Of a DNA stretch of 64,000 nucleotides, positions 7,901 to 14,037 are shown in pieces. The first letter of the stretch is position 1; every line of letters starts with the position of its first letter. This stretch comes from Candidatus Omnitrophota bacterium (GTDB lineage Bacteria > Omnitrophota > Gorgyraeia > Zapsychrales > Fredricksoniimonadaceae). The DNA lies in the NCBI GenBank assembly GCA_013287965.1, contig JABDCU010000004.1, positions 13,503-77,502 on the forward strand. The letters are read 5' to 3'. A model generated the notes under the pieces. It was not told where the DNA came from. It did no database searches and worked only from the letters and a program-made list of their open reading frames with translations. A program made the translations under genes and the position numbers.

Positions 7901-9533
7901 TAGAAAAATTATGTTGGCTCCAAACTCTTAATACCCGTAACCGTATACCTACGCCATAATCATGGTTGGTGACAATTTGTTCCATATATTCATCGCCCAA
8001 GTAATCCGCATGGTCCAACACAAAACTCACTATCACTCTTGCCCAACGGCTATTATGTTCAGCCGACAATGCGTCTTTCAACAACCTGCCTATTAAATCA
8101 GAAGTCAACGGAAACCTTGTCGCGATCCCATAGATACCTCTAAAATACCAGTCTACGTCTTGCCCCTTGATGATTTTTCTTTCTATCAAATTCAAATAAG
8201 ATCCAATAAGAAAATCATTTGCTTGATGGGGAATGGTCAGCATGACCCCTATGATCAAATTTCTCCCTACCGGTTTCATTATTCTTCTCCAGAGAACGGA
8301 ACCAATATAGGTGTTTTTTATCTCCAAAGGGGACATTGCCCAATCAATGCCGCCTGAAAAATACTTTCTGGGAGTGATTTGCTGCGTTAGCGGGTCTTGG
8401 TCTTCTTTGATGTAGTTGTAGACGCCTTTTTTGAAGGCTTTTAGGTATTGCTGGTAGATAAATTCGACGTTGTCCTGGGAATGGATTCCCGCGAGCAACT
8501 GCGAGTGTCGGTCAATACGACCTTTCGCGGGAATGACAGTAGAAGCATATTGAATGCCGGCGACTTTATTTTTATCCGCATAGACTTGCGCCAGGATGCT
8601 GTCTTTGATCTTCTTTTTATACCAAGTGGCTAAGATCAAGCTGTTGTAAACTTGGCGAAGCTGGGCGAAGTTGCGGCCGCTGTTGACTTCCTTTGTTAAC
8701 TCGGGAATTACTATTTCGCGGACGATTTGGGAACCTAAAGCATTCACGTCATTCTGAGGCGAAGCCGAAGAATCTTTAGATGTCTTAAGATTCTTCGCTT
8801 CGCTCAGAATGACGGGGTTCTTTTGGATGACAATATTTTTTTCAAGCGCAAGGTAATCTTGCTCAAGCATGACTTTTAATTTGGCTTCTACCACATAGGC
8901 TGTGCCAGCTTTGGCATTTTCGTAGACCACGGCTTTTTCAGGGATGATCCAGACCTTATTGAATGTGTTAACAGGGATATTGGTCGTGCCAAATTTCTTG
9001 GCGGCTTCTTGGTAGATGCGTTTCCAGAATTTTTTGCCTGTTTCGCCTTCAGGATAAATTAGGCTCGCGGTGATCTGTTTGAGCATGTAATCCTCTGCTA
9101 AGAGGTCGCGGCCCATTTCGGTGAGGCCAAAGCTATTAGGAATAATGCGGTTTTTTTCGTAAGGTGAGAGATTGACCCAGAGGTCTTTTTCCGGGATGGT
9201 TAAAGAGGCCAAAAAATATTTAATAAGTTTGGTGGCTTCGGTTTGGATTCCCGCTTTCGCGGGAATGACAGTGGAACTACCTTGGTCCAAAATGAAATCA
9301 AAGCGGAATGGATTGTCGGGATGGACTTTTAGGCCTTTGAGGATCGGTGGGTTGAATTCCGGACTTAAAGGAACCATTATCCCGGGTGCAGGCAAACGAA
9401 ACTCCTGCGCTTGAGCCAAGGGCATGGGGCCGCAAGAATTTAATATAAATGATATTAAAATGATAAAAGATTGCCAGGGCCTATAAAACTGGCCTCGCAA
9501 AGACATATAGCTGCGCATAGTGAAAGTATGCAC
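1911..9533 (-). CDS. giant secreted multidomain protein (2540 aa): shared N-domain, GT9 heptosyltransferase-like domain, weak kinase-like region, 4x HTH-like repeats, duplicated 290-aa module flanking an NTase-like module, shared C-terminal domain
   Basis: A single uninterrupted ORF with an N-terminal hydrophobic segment (SFIILISFILNSC). Residues 55-400 align by eye with residues 50-350 of the 43365..47072 protein. Residues 725-1045 (nt 6399..7361) carry GT9-like motifs (NILIIHNIKDGQGDELV; LTVEGGMMHLASVMGKPFGVIF). Residues 1929-2176 contain GGRRYFGPGRKDIDVLL (G-x-n-DxD). The C-terminus reads GGIDF...LQNAPGFVPVIISIQP. Confidence 0.85.
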   Translation of the reverse strand: MHTFTMRSYMSLRGQFYRPWQSFIILISFILNSCGPMPLAQAQEFRLPAPGIMVPLSPEFNPPILKGLKVHPDNPFRFDFILDQGSSTVIPAKAGIQTEATKLIKYFLASLTIPEKDLWVNLSPYEKNRIIPNSFGLTEMGRDLLAEDYMLKQITASLIYPEGETGKKFWKRIYQEAAKKFGTTNIPVNTFNKVWIIPEKAVVYENAKAGTAYVVEAKLKVMLEQDYLALEKNIVIQKNPVILSEAKNLKTSKDSSASPQNDVNALGSQIVREIVIPELTKEVNSGRNFAQLRQVYNSLILATWYKKKIKDSILAQVYADKNKVAGIQYASTVIPAKGRIDRHSQLLAGIHSQDNVEFIYQQYLKAFKKGVYNYIKEDQDPLTQQITPRKYFSGGIDWAMSPLEIKNTYIGSVLWRRIMKPVGRNLIIGVMLTIPHQANDFLIGSYLNLIERKIIKGQDVDWYFRGIYGIATRFPLTSDLIGRLLKDALSAEHNSRWARVIVSFVLDHADYLGDEYMEQIVTNHDYGVGIRLRVLRVWSQHNFSKARPLFRKIQGVLLGDKTPESMAISKAIDLMRTQGLFNKDILGTTGAYFMWDDPFVILSDYFNKAGFSELISAMSEDEGNNFYRIVLSLLGLGLTYQEREDILIKGLEPFALKHPEDLTVPVLEDISKVYQEDRNFRYFLYYITTNPRASSLVQQQAEGIIRNRGLFSLHGLIENHLKYGRKNILIIHNIKDGQGDELVRTASLIQGLLGFNPDLEVTVITGRPYLYNHPRVKIIPMQDLARTHWQIDGAREHYDAVIDFYGNTISFNNDLEENFRVSNIGKNAFLNIHAHHADVGSLIFERIRVNGQDYADRLNLDDSVPWEFNIHEVYSRLNAELGLPLKKEGTEFLVNGTPNARFKEQWGHLMEQIGNPLIGHKYKYPVVSLNPYGGGMESKGFSRSKKDQQELVSIIEKLVSNDYKVVLLPNDTPWGTRKIAEELVDQVSKSNRGGIAIAPGPSLNPEMFKYFVSYSNYVLTVEGGMMHLASVMGKPFGVIFKLAGMSSWVPLNRTRLQAAGVQDALLAIQHKEGRNLALEIKPADRAMVIPFERFKYSEKAHELVDPDGNKSVVMSEGQSLILIFNEGPWSGFVFRMINEEERDNKEIENEKQGFVLGLEKGVVPPFAIGTISGHGVIAVTRIKPVDGTKSLHELLSQQQVNRRYLELVQDLFIRLVKNHLELLDAQISSNIVVGYLNGELGAWIVDAELLVPSNKTLKQLSLVYYRKIYDQGGDNWPDGPFTQSILDMLENGIKRDTVPHVENLSKDQEYFVPAGADDQNPEKWGKGDLIKDRADGTVCKIDSFPMRRGDDNKVEKQIHMIRNRQARLIPSLGAEQLFELVSKVKLTENSAQLAAPKDLAMIYKISPKAKTGQEGFLSWAEKREGRSVNMTGMELAKRFKVSREIVNVVCLVYSIKTKGWTTSPNMKKALTWAQKKKSKTTKMTPQQIANKFEVAQTSINVILRVLEIQASSRKSPEPSKEIRKFLKWAKKLHEKNVKSIDKTERQIAKKYNVSNSIVHSVLKALGISTKGSQDISPEMEALLSMAKKKRYKTLKKTINKVARKYGVARSRTSIVLWASHIKPRDGRRKLQPKLDQAMKTSADLMPGVLIADPRKSILVSGKIGQSQIFELGTYQLREDVTPKPGETRKGIIYALENLYSKRYELRFILSSQKKDTDPFSFNNFKYVQVDKDSGDDWQMTNFWPYSRDDGTINRFAKSGGAEVILSYIEQAVNISGRQLKNSGHTAWRVLSWYFYNRLYRNFSWPARVRIEGSEDMNDWISIDDPLVADGFFKKENVGVVQASLGGEAVLISLKKEGKKRYQVEDILGPFNMPIKVDDDIVVDFSTGDIVFQNKKIGRVEILTKKIEVGDFVNLAMVTDKNEGMDRAMKSDDPATERAEDYYDFTKKEDNIQKLEEVLQEVMRPISSHVRPVIVGGRRYFGPGRKDIDVLLEGTNMYQSQLWLDFIQALAKRFNKVKGIQVEILKDEPFFIDGVIQSEALKLVLVSGSGEQAKILLDILLNFNGSDEVQINQLKALLQLDDKTITEAPLADLAKSYFKVEYYIGDRNIYRSMREQYQAGDMLTLESSLRQRMKVLKDLLSKMRYEEIKERIQERLSDSVSDWSMAAGRNEGMDRAMKASAILTPGVLIADPRQSFLVTGKKGVSQVFKFGQYRLRNDVELKPGETRKGFIYAMEYRARNEPYEYELNLYFYSRAQNIRSPSFENFSQGKTVTLVKSQNGDWRMGDFWPYSAHEGTIKRFANSGGAEAALFYIIQAVRISGKQLKNSGWSTWRALSWYFSNRLYRKFPWPARVRIKGSEGMKKWTPIDDPLVADGFFKRENVGDVRASFDGEEVLISLKKVGKQHYQVEGISGPSNKVPIKVNDEIVVEFPTGNIIVLRNKEIGRVEKLTKEIEVGGFADRAMAVGKNEGMGRTMAVKVHRQGGIDFTAGRTPLEVKGDGNGEIQFHLDPTQLAQLQNAPGFVPVIISIQPMTDLRAFLEG
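2106..3005 (-). repeat. internal protein module copy B (aa 2177-2476) of the giant gene
   Basis: Aligns over its full length with aa 1639-1928. Examples: PGVLIADPR, KPGETRKG, NSGGAE, QLKNSG, PWPARVRI.GSE, IDDPLVADGFFK.ENVG, EVLISLKK, IGRVE.LTK.IEVG. Confidence 0.85.
3750..4619 (-). repeat. internal protein module copy A (aa 1639-1928) of the giant gene
   Basis: Paralogous to 2106..3005. Both copies end in a NEGM(D/G)R(A/T)M linker. The linker DNA at 3003..3030 is 28/28 identical to 3747..3774. Confidence 0.85.
4668..5291 (-). repeat. four tandem ~50-aa HTH-like repeats inside the giant protein (aa 1415-1622)
   Basis: Repeat pattern is L.WA.K......MT..qIAkKf.VS.s.V..vL...I. The four cores are MELAKRFKVSREIVNVV, QQIANKFEVAQTSINVIL, RQIAKKYNVSNSIVHSVL and NKVARKYGVARSRTSIVL. 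Confidence 0.7.
8483..8538. repeat. 56-nt long form of the GGATTCCCGC...GCGGGAATGACA palindromic element, in-frame inside the giant gene
   Basis: The first 27 nt and last 13 nt are identical to the copy at 48778..48833. It encodes VIPAKGRIDRHSQLLAGIH. The paralog at 43365..47072 lacks about 21 residues at exactly this point. Confidence 0.85.
8749..8813. repeat. second palindromic element family (GTCATTCTGAG.CGAAGC.GAAGAATCTT / inverted copy), in-frame inside the giant gene
   Basis: The arms are 8749..8777 and 8787..8813. They are reverse complements apart from two extra bases in the left arm. Encodes VILSEAKNLKTSKDSSASPQNDV in a segment that does not align with the paralog. Confidence 0.75.
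9245..9270. repeat. 26-nt REP-like hairpin GGATTCCCGCTTTCGCGGGAATGACA, in-frame inside the giant gene
   Basis: 8-bp stem ATTCCCGC/GCGGGAAT with a 4-nt loop. Encodes VIPAKAGIQ (aa 89-97). Confidence 0.85.
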
Positions 9534-9561
9534 TATTTTCTATGATTTTGCCATTTTTTGT

Positions 9562-9587
9562 GGATTCCCGCCTTCGCGGGAATGACA
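9562..9587. repeat. 26-nt REP-like hairpin (intergenic copy)
   Basis: Sequence GGATTCCCGCCTTCGCGGGAATGACA, between the giant gene start and the stop of the GT-C gene. Confidence 0.85.
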
Positions 9588-9598
9588 GAGGAAATTCT

Positions 9599-11029
9599 TT
9601 AAAACATCCCCTTTTGGGCGAGGTAATCGTGCAGCTGCCACCAGGCATCATTGGCCTGTTTGCAGGTCATTCCTAACCGATGGACCATAAAATAACGTTC
9701 ATGATAGTTGCGCCGGTGGAAATACAATAAAAATTCCTGCCAATCCTGCTGTGTCTTAAGCTGTTCCGCTTTTTCTTTGACCCAATAATCAAACAGGCCC
9801 TTACTCTCTTGAGGATAGATCGTAAAATATTGATACGCTAACACCCCGCCGCATAATATCCCTGCCATGGCCAGCGCTGGCCATATTGCCGCCAGGTATT
9901 GGCCGGCAGACCACCACATAAACCCGGTAAATAACATCATAAACGGCCACGAGCCGCATATGCGCAAGGCATGAGGCAATTCCTGGTTGGTCAATGCCGA
10001 CGGGATGATCCCGATAAAAAAATTAGCGGCTAAGAATAAAAGCCAACGGCGGTTCTTGACCACCGGATTATCATTCCAAGAAGGACGCAAAAAGGCCAAT
10101 ACTAAAAACACGATTAAAATGATCAAGGCCGCGATATCAAGACCGCTGAATAATCCTAAATGCCTGGTTGAATGCACATAGGAAGGGTCTCCGGTCAGAA
10201 AAAGAAAATCAGGGCTTAAATGTAAAAGATAATTGTGGGTAAAAATACCGGCAATGTCCCAAGGGTTGCCGGTTTTCCCCAAGGAATGCAGATAATCCTT
10301 ATTAAAGATGCTGATCAAATTAAAACGCCGGCCCAATGGGCCATTCAAATAATTGGCTGCCAACGGGAGCAAGGACAAAATAAATACCACCGTCAAACTT
10401 AAAACAGATTGCCAACGCACAGAACGCCGGCCCCATTCATAGGTCCCAAGCGTTACCATCATTAATGGTATTTGCATCCGTGCCGGCGGATAGGCATACA
10501 TGGACAATGCCAAAAGAAAACCTGCCAGCGCCCAATCCCACCAAGCGCCGGAACGCCAAAAAAAATAAAGACCCCAAACAGCGAAAACCGGGGCCGCATA
10601 CGATTCCAGGGCGACACGGGTCACAACCCAAGCCCAAGGCGAACACGTGGCTGCCAAAACAACCGCCGCGGCAAAAGACTTGCCGAATAATTGTTTGCTT
10701 AAGAAAAATAATCCCAGGATGCCGATCAACAAAACAAAGACACTATAGCCCCTTAAACTGGGGACAGTTGACCCAAATACTTTTACCCAAAGGATGCCCG
10801 GATAAACATAGGTCGGCGGCTTGTCCTGGCCGTATTGCATAAAAGCAAATAAGGGCCAGGGTTTTAGCTCAGCATCACATCCGGATTCCGCAAAACACTG
10901 CATGGTGACGGCAGAGCCGACTTCATCCACATGATAACCATAAGGAATGGAGTCGAGTTTCCCGAAGCGCAGGACATTCAATACTAAAACCGTTAAAATA
11001 ATAAAAACTAAAGCAATTTTCTTAAACAT
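9599..11029 (-). CDS. polytopic membrane glycosyltransferase, GT-C fold (ArnT/PMT-like)
   Basis: 476 aa with roughly 11-12 hydrophobic segments. An early-loop acidic motif (YGYHVDEVGS) is typical of GT39/GT83 enzymes. A polyprenol-phosphate GT2 gene lies adjacent. Confidence 0.6.
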   Translation of the reverse strand: MFKKIALVFIILTVLVLNVLRFGKLDSIPYGYHVDEVGSAVTMQCFAESGCDAELKPWPLFAFMQYGQDKPPTYVYPGILWVKVFGSTVPSLRGYSVFVLLIGILGLFFLSKQLFGKSFAAAVVLAATCSPWAWVVTRVALESYAAPVFAVWGLYFFWRSGAWWDWALAGFLLALSMYAYPPARMQIPLMMVTLGTYEWGRRSVRWQSVLSLTVVFILSLLPLAANYLNGPLGRRFNLISIFNKDYLHSLGKTGNPWDIAGIFTHNYLLHLSPDFLFLTGDPSYVHSTRHLGLFSGLDIAALIILIVFLVLAFLRPSWNDNPVVKNRRWLLFLAANFFIGIIPSALTNQELPHALRICGSWPFMMLFTGFMWWSAGQYLAAIWPALAMAGILCGGVLAYQYFTIYPQESKGLFDYWVKEKAEQLKTQQDWQEFLLYFHRRNYHERYFMVHRLGMTCKQANDAWWQLHDYLAQKGMF

Positions 11030-11089
11030 GAAACCATTATCCCATTTCTATTGCTATAGTCACCATTTTTTGTTATACATATCAAGGTC

Positions 11090-11812
11090 ATGCCTGAAGG
11101 TATTTTCGATATAACGGTTGTCATTCCCGCGAAAGATGAGGAGCTGCGGCTCCCTCAATTTTTGCAGACCCTCATCACTTATTGCTGGGCGAGCACTTTA
11201 CGTTATGAGATCATCGTCGTGGACGATGGCAGTACGGATAAAACAGCCGAAGCTGTCCTGACCTTCCAAAAATCATTCCCCGGATTGACACTCCTCAAAT
11301 TAGGCCGCAATCACGGCAAAGGTTACGCGGTCAAACAAGGGCTTTTGGCGGCCCACGGGAACATCGCCTTGTTCATGGACGCGGACGGCTCAACCCCGGC
11401 AGATGAGATCGAAAAAAATTTAAAATTCTTCCAGGAAGGCTATGACATTGTCATCGGCTCAAGGGTCTTACAAAGCAAAACATCCAAGGTCACGGCCCTG
11501 CTCTATCGTAAAAGCATGGGCTGGGTCTTTAACTTTCTTGTTTCTACCTTCCTGATCAAGGGCATTAAAGACACTCAATGCGGATTTAAAATGTTCCGCC
11601 GTGAAATTGTACGGCCATTGTGGGAGAATATCCGGCTTGACGGCTTTGGATTTGACCTGGAAGTCTTGTTCTTGGCACAGCGAATGGATTATAAAATCAA
11701 GGAAGTGGCCGTAAACTGGAAACACGTGGAGAACAGCAAGATCAATTTGATCAAAGATTCCGGAAAAATGCTGGTCAATATTTTCCAAATCCGAAGCTGG
11801 TATAGCAATTAA
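11090..11812 (+). CDS. GT2 polyprenol/dolichol-phosphate glycosyltransferase
   Basis: Motifs: VVIPAKDEE, IIVVDDGSTDKT, FMDADGS (DxD) and QCGFKMFRRE. This pattern fits DPM1/ArnC/GtrB-type enzymes. Confidence 0.8.
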   Translation: MPEGIFDITVVIPAKDEELRLPQFLQTLITYCWASTLRYEIIVVDDGSTDKTAEAVLTFQKSFPGLTLLKLGRNHGKGYAVKQGLLAAHGNIALFMDADGSTPADEIEKNLKFFQEGYDIVIGSRVLQSKTSKVTALLYRKSMGWVFNFLVSTFLIKGIKDTQCGFKMFRREIVRPLWENIRLDGFGFDLEVLFLAQRMDYKIKEVAVNWKHVENSKINLIKDSGKMLVNIFQIRSWYSN

Positions 11813-12180
11813 ATCTCCTGCCCGATGGTTTCTTTGACGACACGGCGTATATCGTCGACCTCAAAGGGTTTCTTCAGGCATTCCACCGCTCCCAGAAGAC
11901 CGGCCTGTTTGCGTTTTTCATCCATACTATAGCCGCTCATCATCACCACCGGCAATTCCGGAGTGATCGCCCTGACTTCTTTGAGGACTTCCACCCCATC
12001 ATGGTCAGGCATCATCACATCCATGAACGCGATGTCAAATTCATGCTGTTTAACAGCTTCCAGGGTATGCTCAAGATCATGGACCACGGTGATATGGTGG
12101 CCGTAATAACCCATGGTCAGAATAAAAAAATCCCCGATGACCTTTTTATCGTCGACAACTAAAATATTAAGTTGCTTCAT
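11809..12180 (-). CDS. single-domain response regulator (CheY-like receiver)
   Basis: Motifs ILVVDD, the phospho-acceptor context FMDVMMPDHDG, and KKPF. The start is placed at MKQLNILVVDD (12180). The ORF track extends to 12219. Confidence 0.8.
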   Translation of the reverse strand: MKQLNILVVDDKKVIGDFFILTMGYYGHHITVVHDLEHTLEAVKQHEFDIAFMDVMMPDHDGVEVLKEVRAITPELPVVMMSGYSMDEKRKQAGLLGAVECLKKPFEVDDIRRVVKETIGQEI

Positions 12181-13054
12181 GAAGCTCTCCTTTTGGACTG
12201 ACCGTGTCAAGGCTGACACATGGCAGTTTTATCGTAAAAACGGTGCCCTCCTGATCACTTTGCACAGTGATACTTCCCCCGTGCTCATTGATCAAATCGT
12301 GGCACAACGCCAGCCCTATGCCTGAGCCTTGCACCTTTGTCGAAAAAAACGGGTCAAAGATCTTGGCCTGATGTTCGTGGGCGATTCCGGGCCCGTTGTC
12401 CTTAAAAATAATGAGGGCCTGGTTGTTCTCAATATCATATTTTGACGTCACCAGCAAGGTGCGCAAAACCCCATGAGGCATCTCACTTAAGGCCTCCATG
12501 GCATTGACGACCAAGTTCATAAACACCTGCTGCAGATGCAAAGCGTCCCCGAAAATAAGCGGTATACGATCATCTAATTGGATGTCCCATCCGATGCGGC
12601 GTATACGCAGCTCATCTAAAAGCAAATTAAAGGACTTATGAATGACCGTATTGACGCTTGTTTGGGTTTTTTGGATCTTGCGATGGCGGATCAATTCCAT
12701 CAAGTTGGCAAGCATGTCCTTGATGTAAAAAGACTGCTCATCCATCACACAGACAGGTTTATAAAAAGGAGAGTTGATGTCCATTTCCTTTTTCATAAAA
12801 CGCACAAAACCGTGGATGGCCGTGATCGGCTGGCTGATCTGGTGCAAAAGCCCGGCGCTCAAAGCCGCGACCGCCCCTTTTTTTCCGCTATCCATCAATT
12901 TGACCTGGGCCGCTTTCAGTTCCATGATCGTGGACTCCAGCTGCGCGTTCTTTTCTTTAAGAGCATGGTTAAGCCGGATATATTGGATAAAAAACCAGGC
13001 CAGGAAAGCCACCAGCACCAGATCAACGGCAATAAAAATGGCGTGCATCATCAA
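12167..13054 (-). CDS. sensor histidine kinase (one N-terminal TM, coiled coil, HisKA-like region, HATPase_c)
   Basis: N-terminal TM segment IFIAVDLVLVAFLAWFFI. ATPase boxes VNAMEA (N), KDNGPGI (G1) and GSGIGLALC (G2). 4-nt overlap with the upstream gene. Confidence 0.8.
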   Translation of the reverse strand: MMMHAIFIAVDLVLVAFLAWFFIQYIRLNHALKEKNAQLESTIMELKAAQVKLMDSGKKGAVAALSAGLLHQISQPITAIHGFVRFMKKEMDINSPFYKPVCVMDEQSFYIKDMLANLMELIRHRKIQKTQTSVNTVIHKSFNLLLDELRIRRIGWDIQLDDRIPLIFGDALHLQQVFMNLVVNAMEALSEMPHGVLRTLLVTSKYDIENNQALIIFKDNGPGIAHEHQAKIFDPFFSTKVQGSGIGLALCHDLINEHGGSITVQSDQEGTVFTIKLPCVSLDTVSPKGELHEAT

Positions 13055-14037
13055 ATCCCTTTTAAATCAAGCTTATCTCCCACCTTCCAGTGGTGAGAGG
13101 TAGCGTAACCGCTGTTAATTTCCAAAACATACCGGGCTTTCCGGCCAGGACCATAAACCGGGCAAGGGTCGCTGGTGCAAGCAGGGATGTTCTGCCCTAT
13201 AAAAACAATGCGGCCATCGACGGTAATCCACAATATATCCAAATTAAAATGCATGTTCTTCATCCAAAACTTATAAATGTCATCCCTGGCAAACTCAAAA
13301 AGCATGCCCTTGTCCTGGCCCAAACCGGTACGGTACATCAACCCGCGCTCCAGATCATCCTGTTTAAAGACCACCTCCACCGTCACGCAGTTGTTCAAAT
13401 GGCAAACCTGCGGGGATGCGGCCTGTACCGGGCCAATACCTAAGATTAAAAATATGAAAAAAAGAATGCTCACCCCAAATTTTTTTAGCATCTCGGCCAG
13501 CTTGGCCAAAGGCAGTCCCACCACGTTAAAATAGCATCCCTCGATGCGCGGGATAAAAAGCGCGCCCTTACCCTCGATATCAAAACCGCCTGCCTTATCC
13601 AGCGGAGAAACTTGCTTGTGATAACGTCCGATCGCCCCGTCTGTCAGCTTGGACATAAACACCCTGGTTTTTTCAAACCCTACCTCTTTTCGCCCGGTCT
13701 TGGCATCAATGACAGCCACGCCGGAGTAAACCCAATGCGGCTTGGCCATCAATTCCTTAAGATTTTTTTTAGCTTCCTGCAAATCCCGGGGTTTCAAGAT
13801 CAAACGGCCTTTGGATGAAAGTACCACCGTATCTGATCCGATGACTATCCCCTCCTGCAGGCGATCTGCCACTTCTTGGGCCTTTCTCAAAGCATTGATC
13901 CGGACAAGATGCGCGCAGCCGCGGGTCAAACGGGTGATCTCCTTGGCCCGGCTGGGGGAAACGCTAAAAGGCAGCCCCAATATTTTCATCAGTTTCCGAC
14001 GCTGGGGACTAGCCGAGGCCAGGATGATCTTTTTCAT
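13051..14037 (-). CDS. maf: Maf nucleotide pyrophosphatase fused in-frame to a signal/TM segment and a DUF192 domain
   Basis: Residues 1-182 are Maf-like (ILASASPQRRKLM, IGSDTVV, GFDIEG). Residues 183-208 (MLKKFGVSILFFIFLILGIGPVQAAS) look like a signal peptide. The rest is DUF192-like (ERGLMYR...GMLFEF...FWMKNM.F.LDILW). Confidence 0.75.
   Translation of the reverse strand: MKKIILASASPQRRKLMKILGLPFSVSPSRAKEITRLTRGCAHLVRINALRKAQEVADRLQEGIVIGSDTVVLSSKGRLILKPRDLQEAKKNLKELMAKPHWVYSGVAVIDAKTGRKEVGFEKTRVFMSKLTDGAIGRYHKQVSPLDKAGGFDIEGKGALFIPRIEGCYFNVVGLPLAKLAEMLKKFGVSILFFIFLILGIGPVQAASPQVCHLNNCVTVEVVFKQDDLERGLMYRTGLGQDKGMLFEFARDDIYKFWMKNMHFNLDILWITVDGRIVFIGQNIPACTSDPCPVYGPGRKARYVLEINSGYATSHHWKVGDKLDLKGI

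Noticed and set aside
11119-11135. GTCATTCCCGCGAAAG in the GT2 gene, identical to one half of the REP-like hairpin
   Set aside because: There is no complementary second arm (the sequence continues ATGAGGAG). It encodes the standard GT2 N-terminal VVIPAKDEE motif. It is most likely a coincidence of codon choice rather than an element copy.
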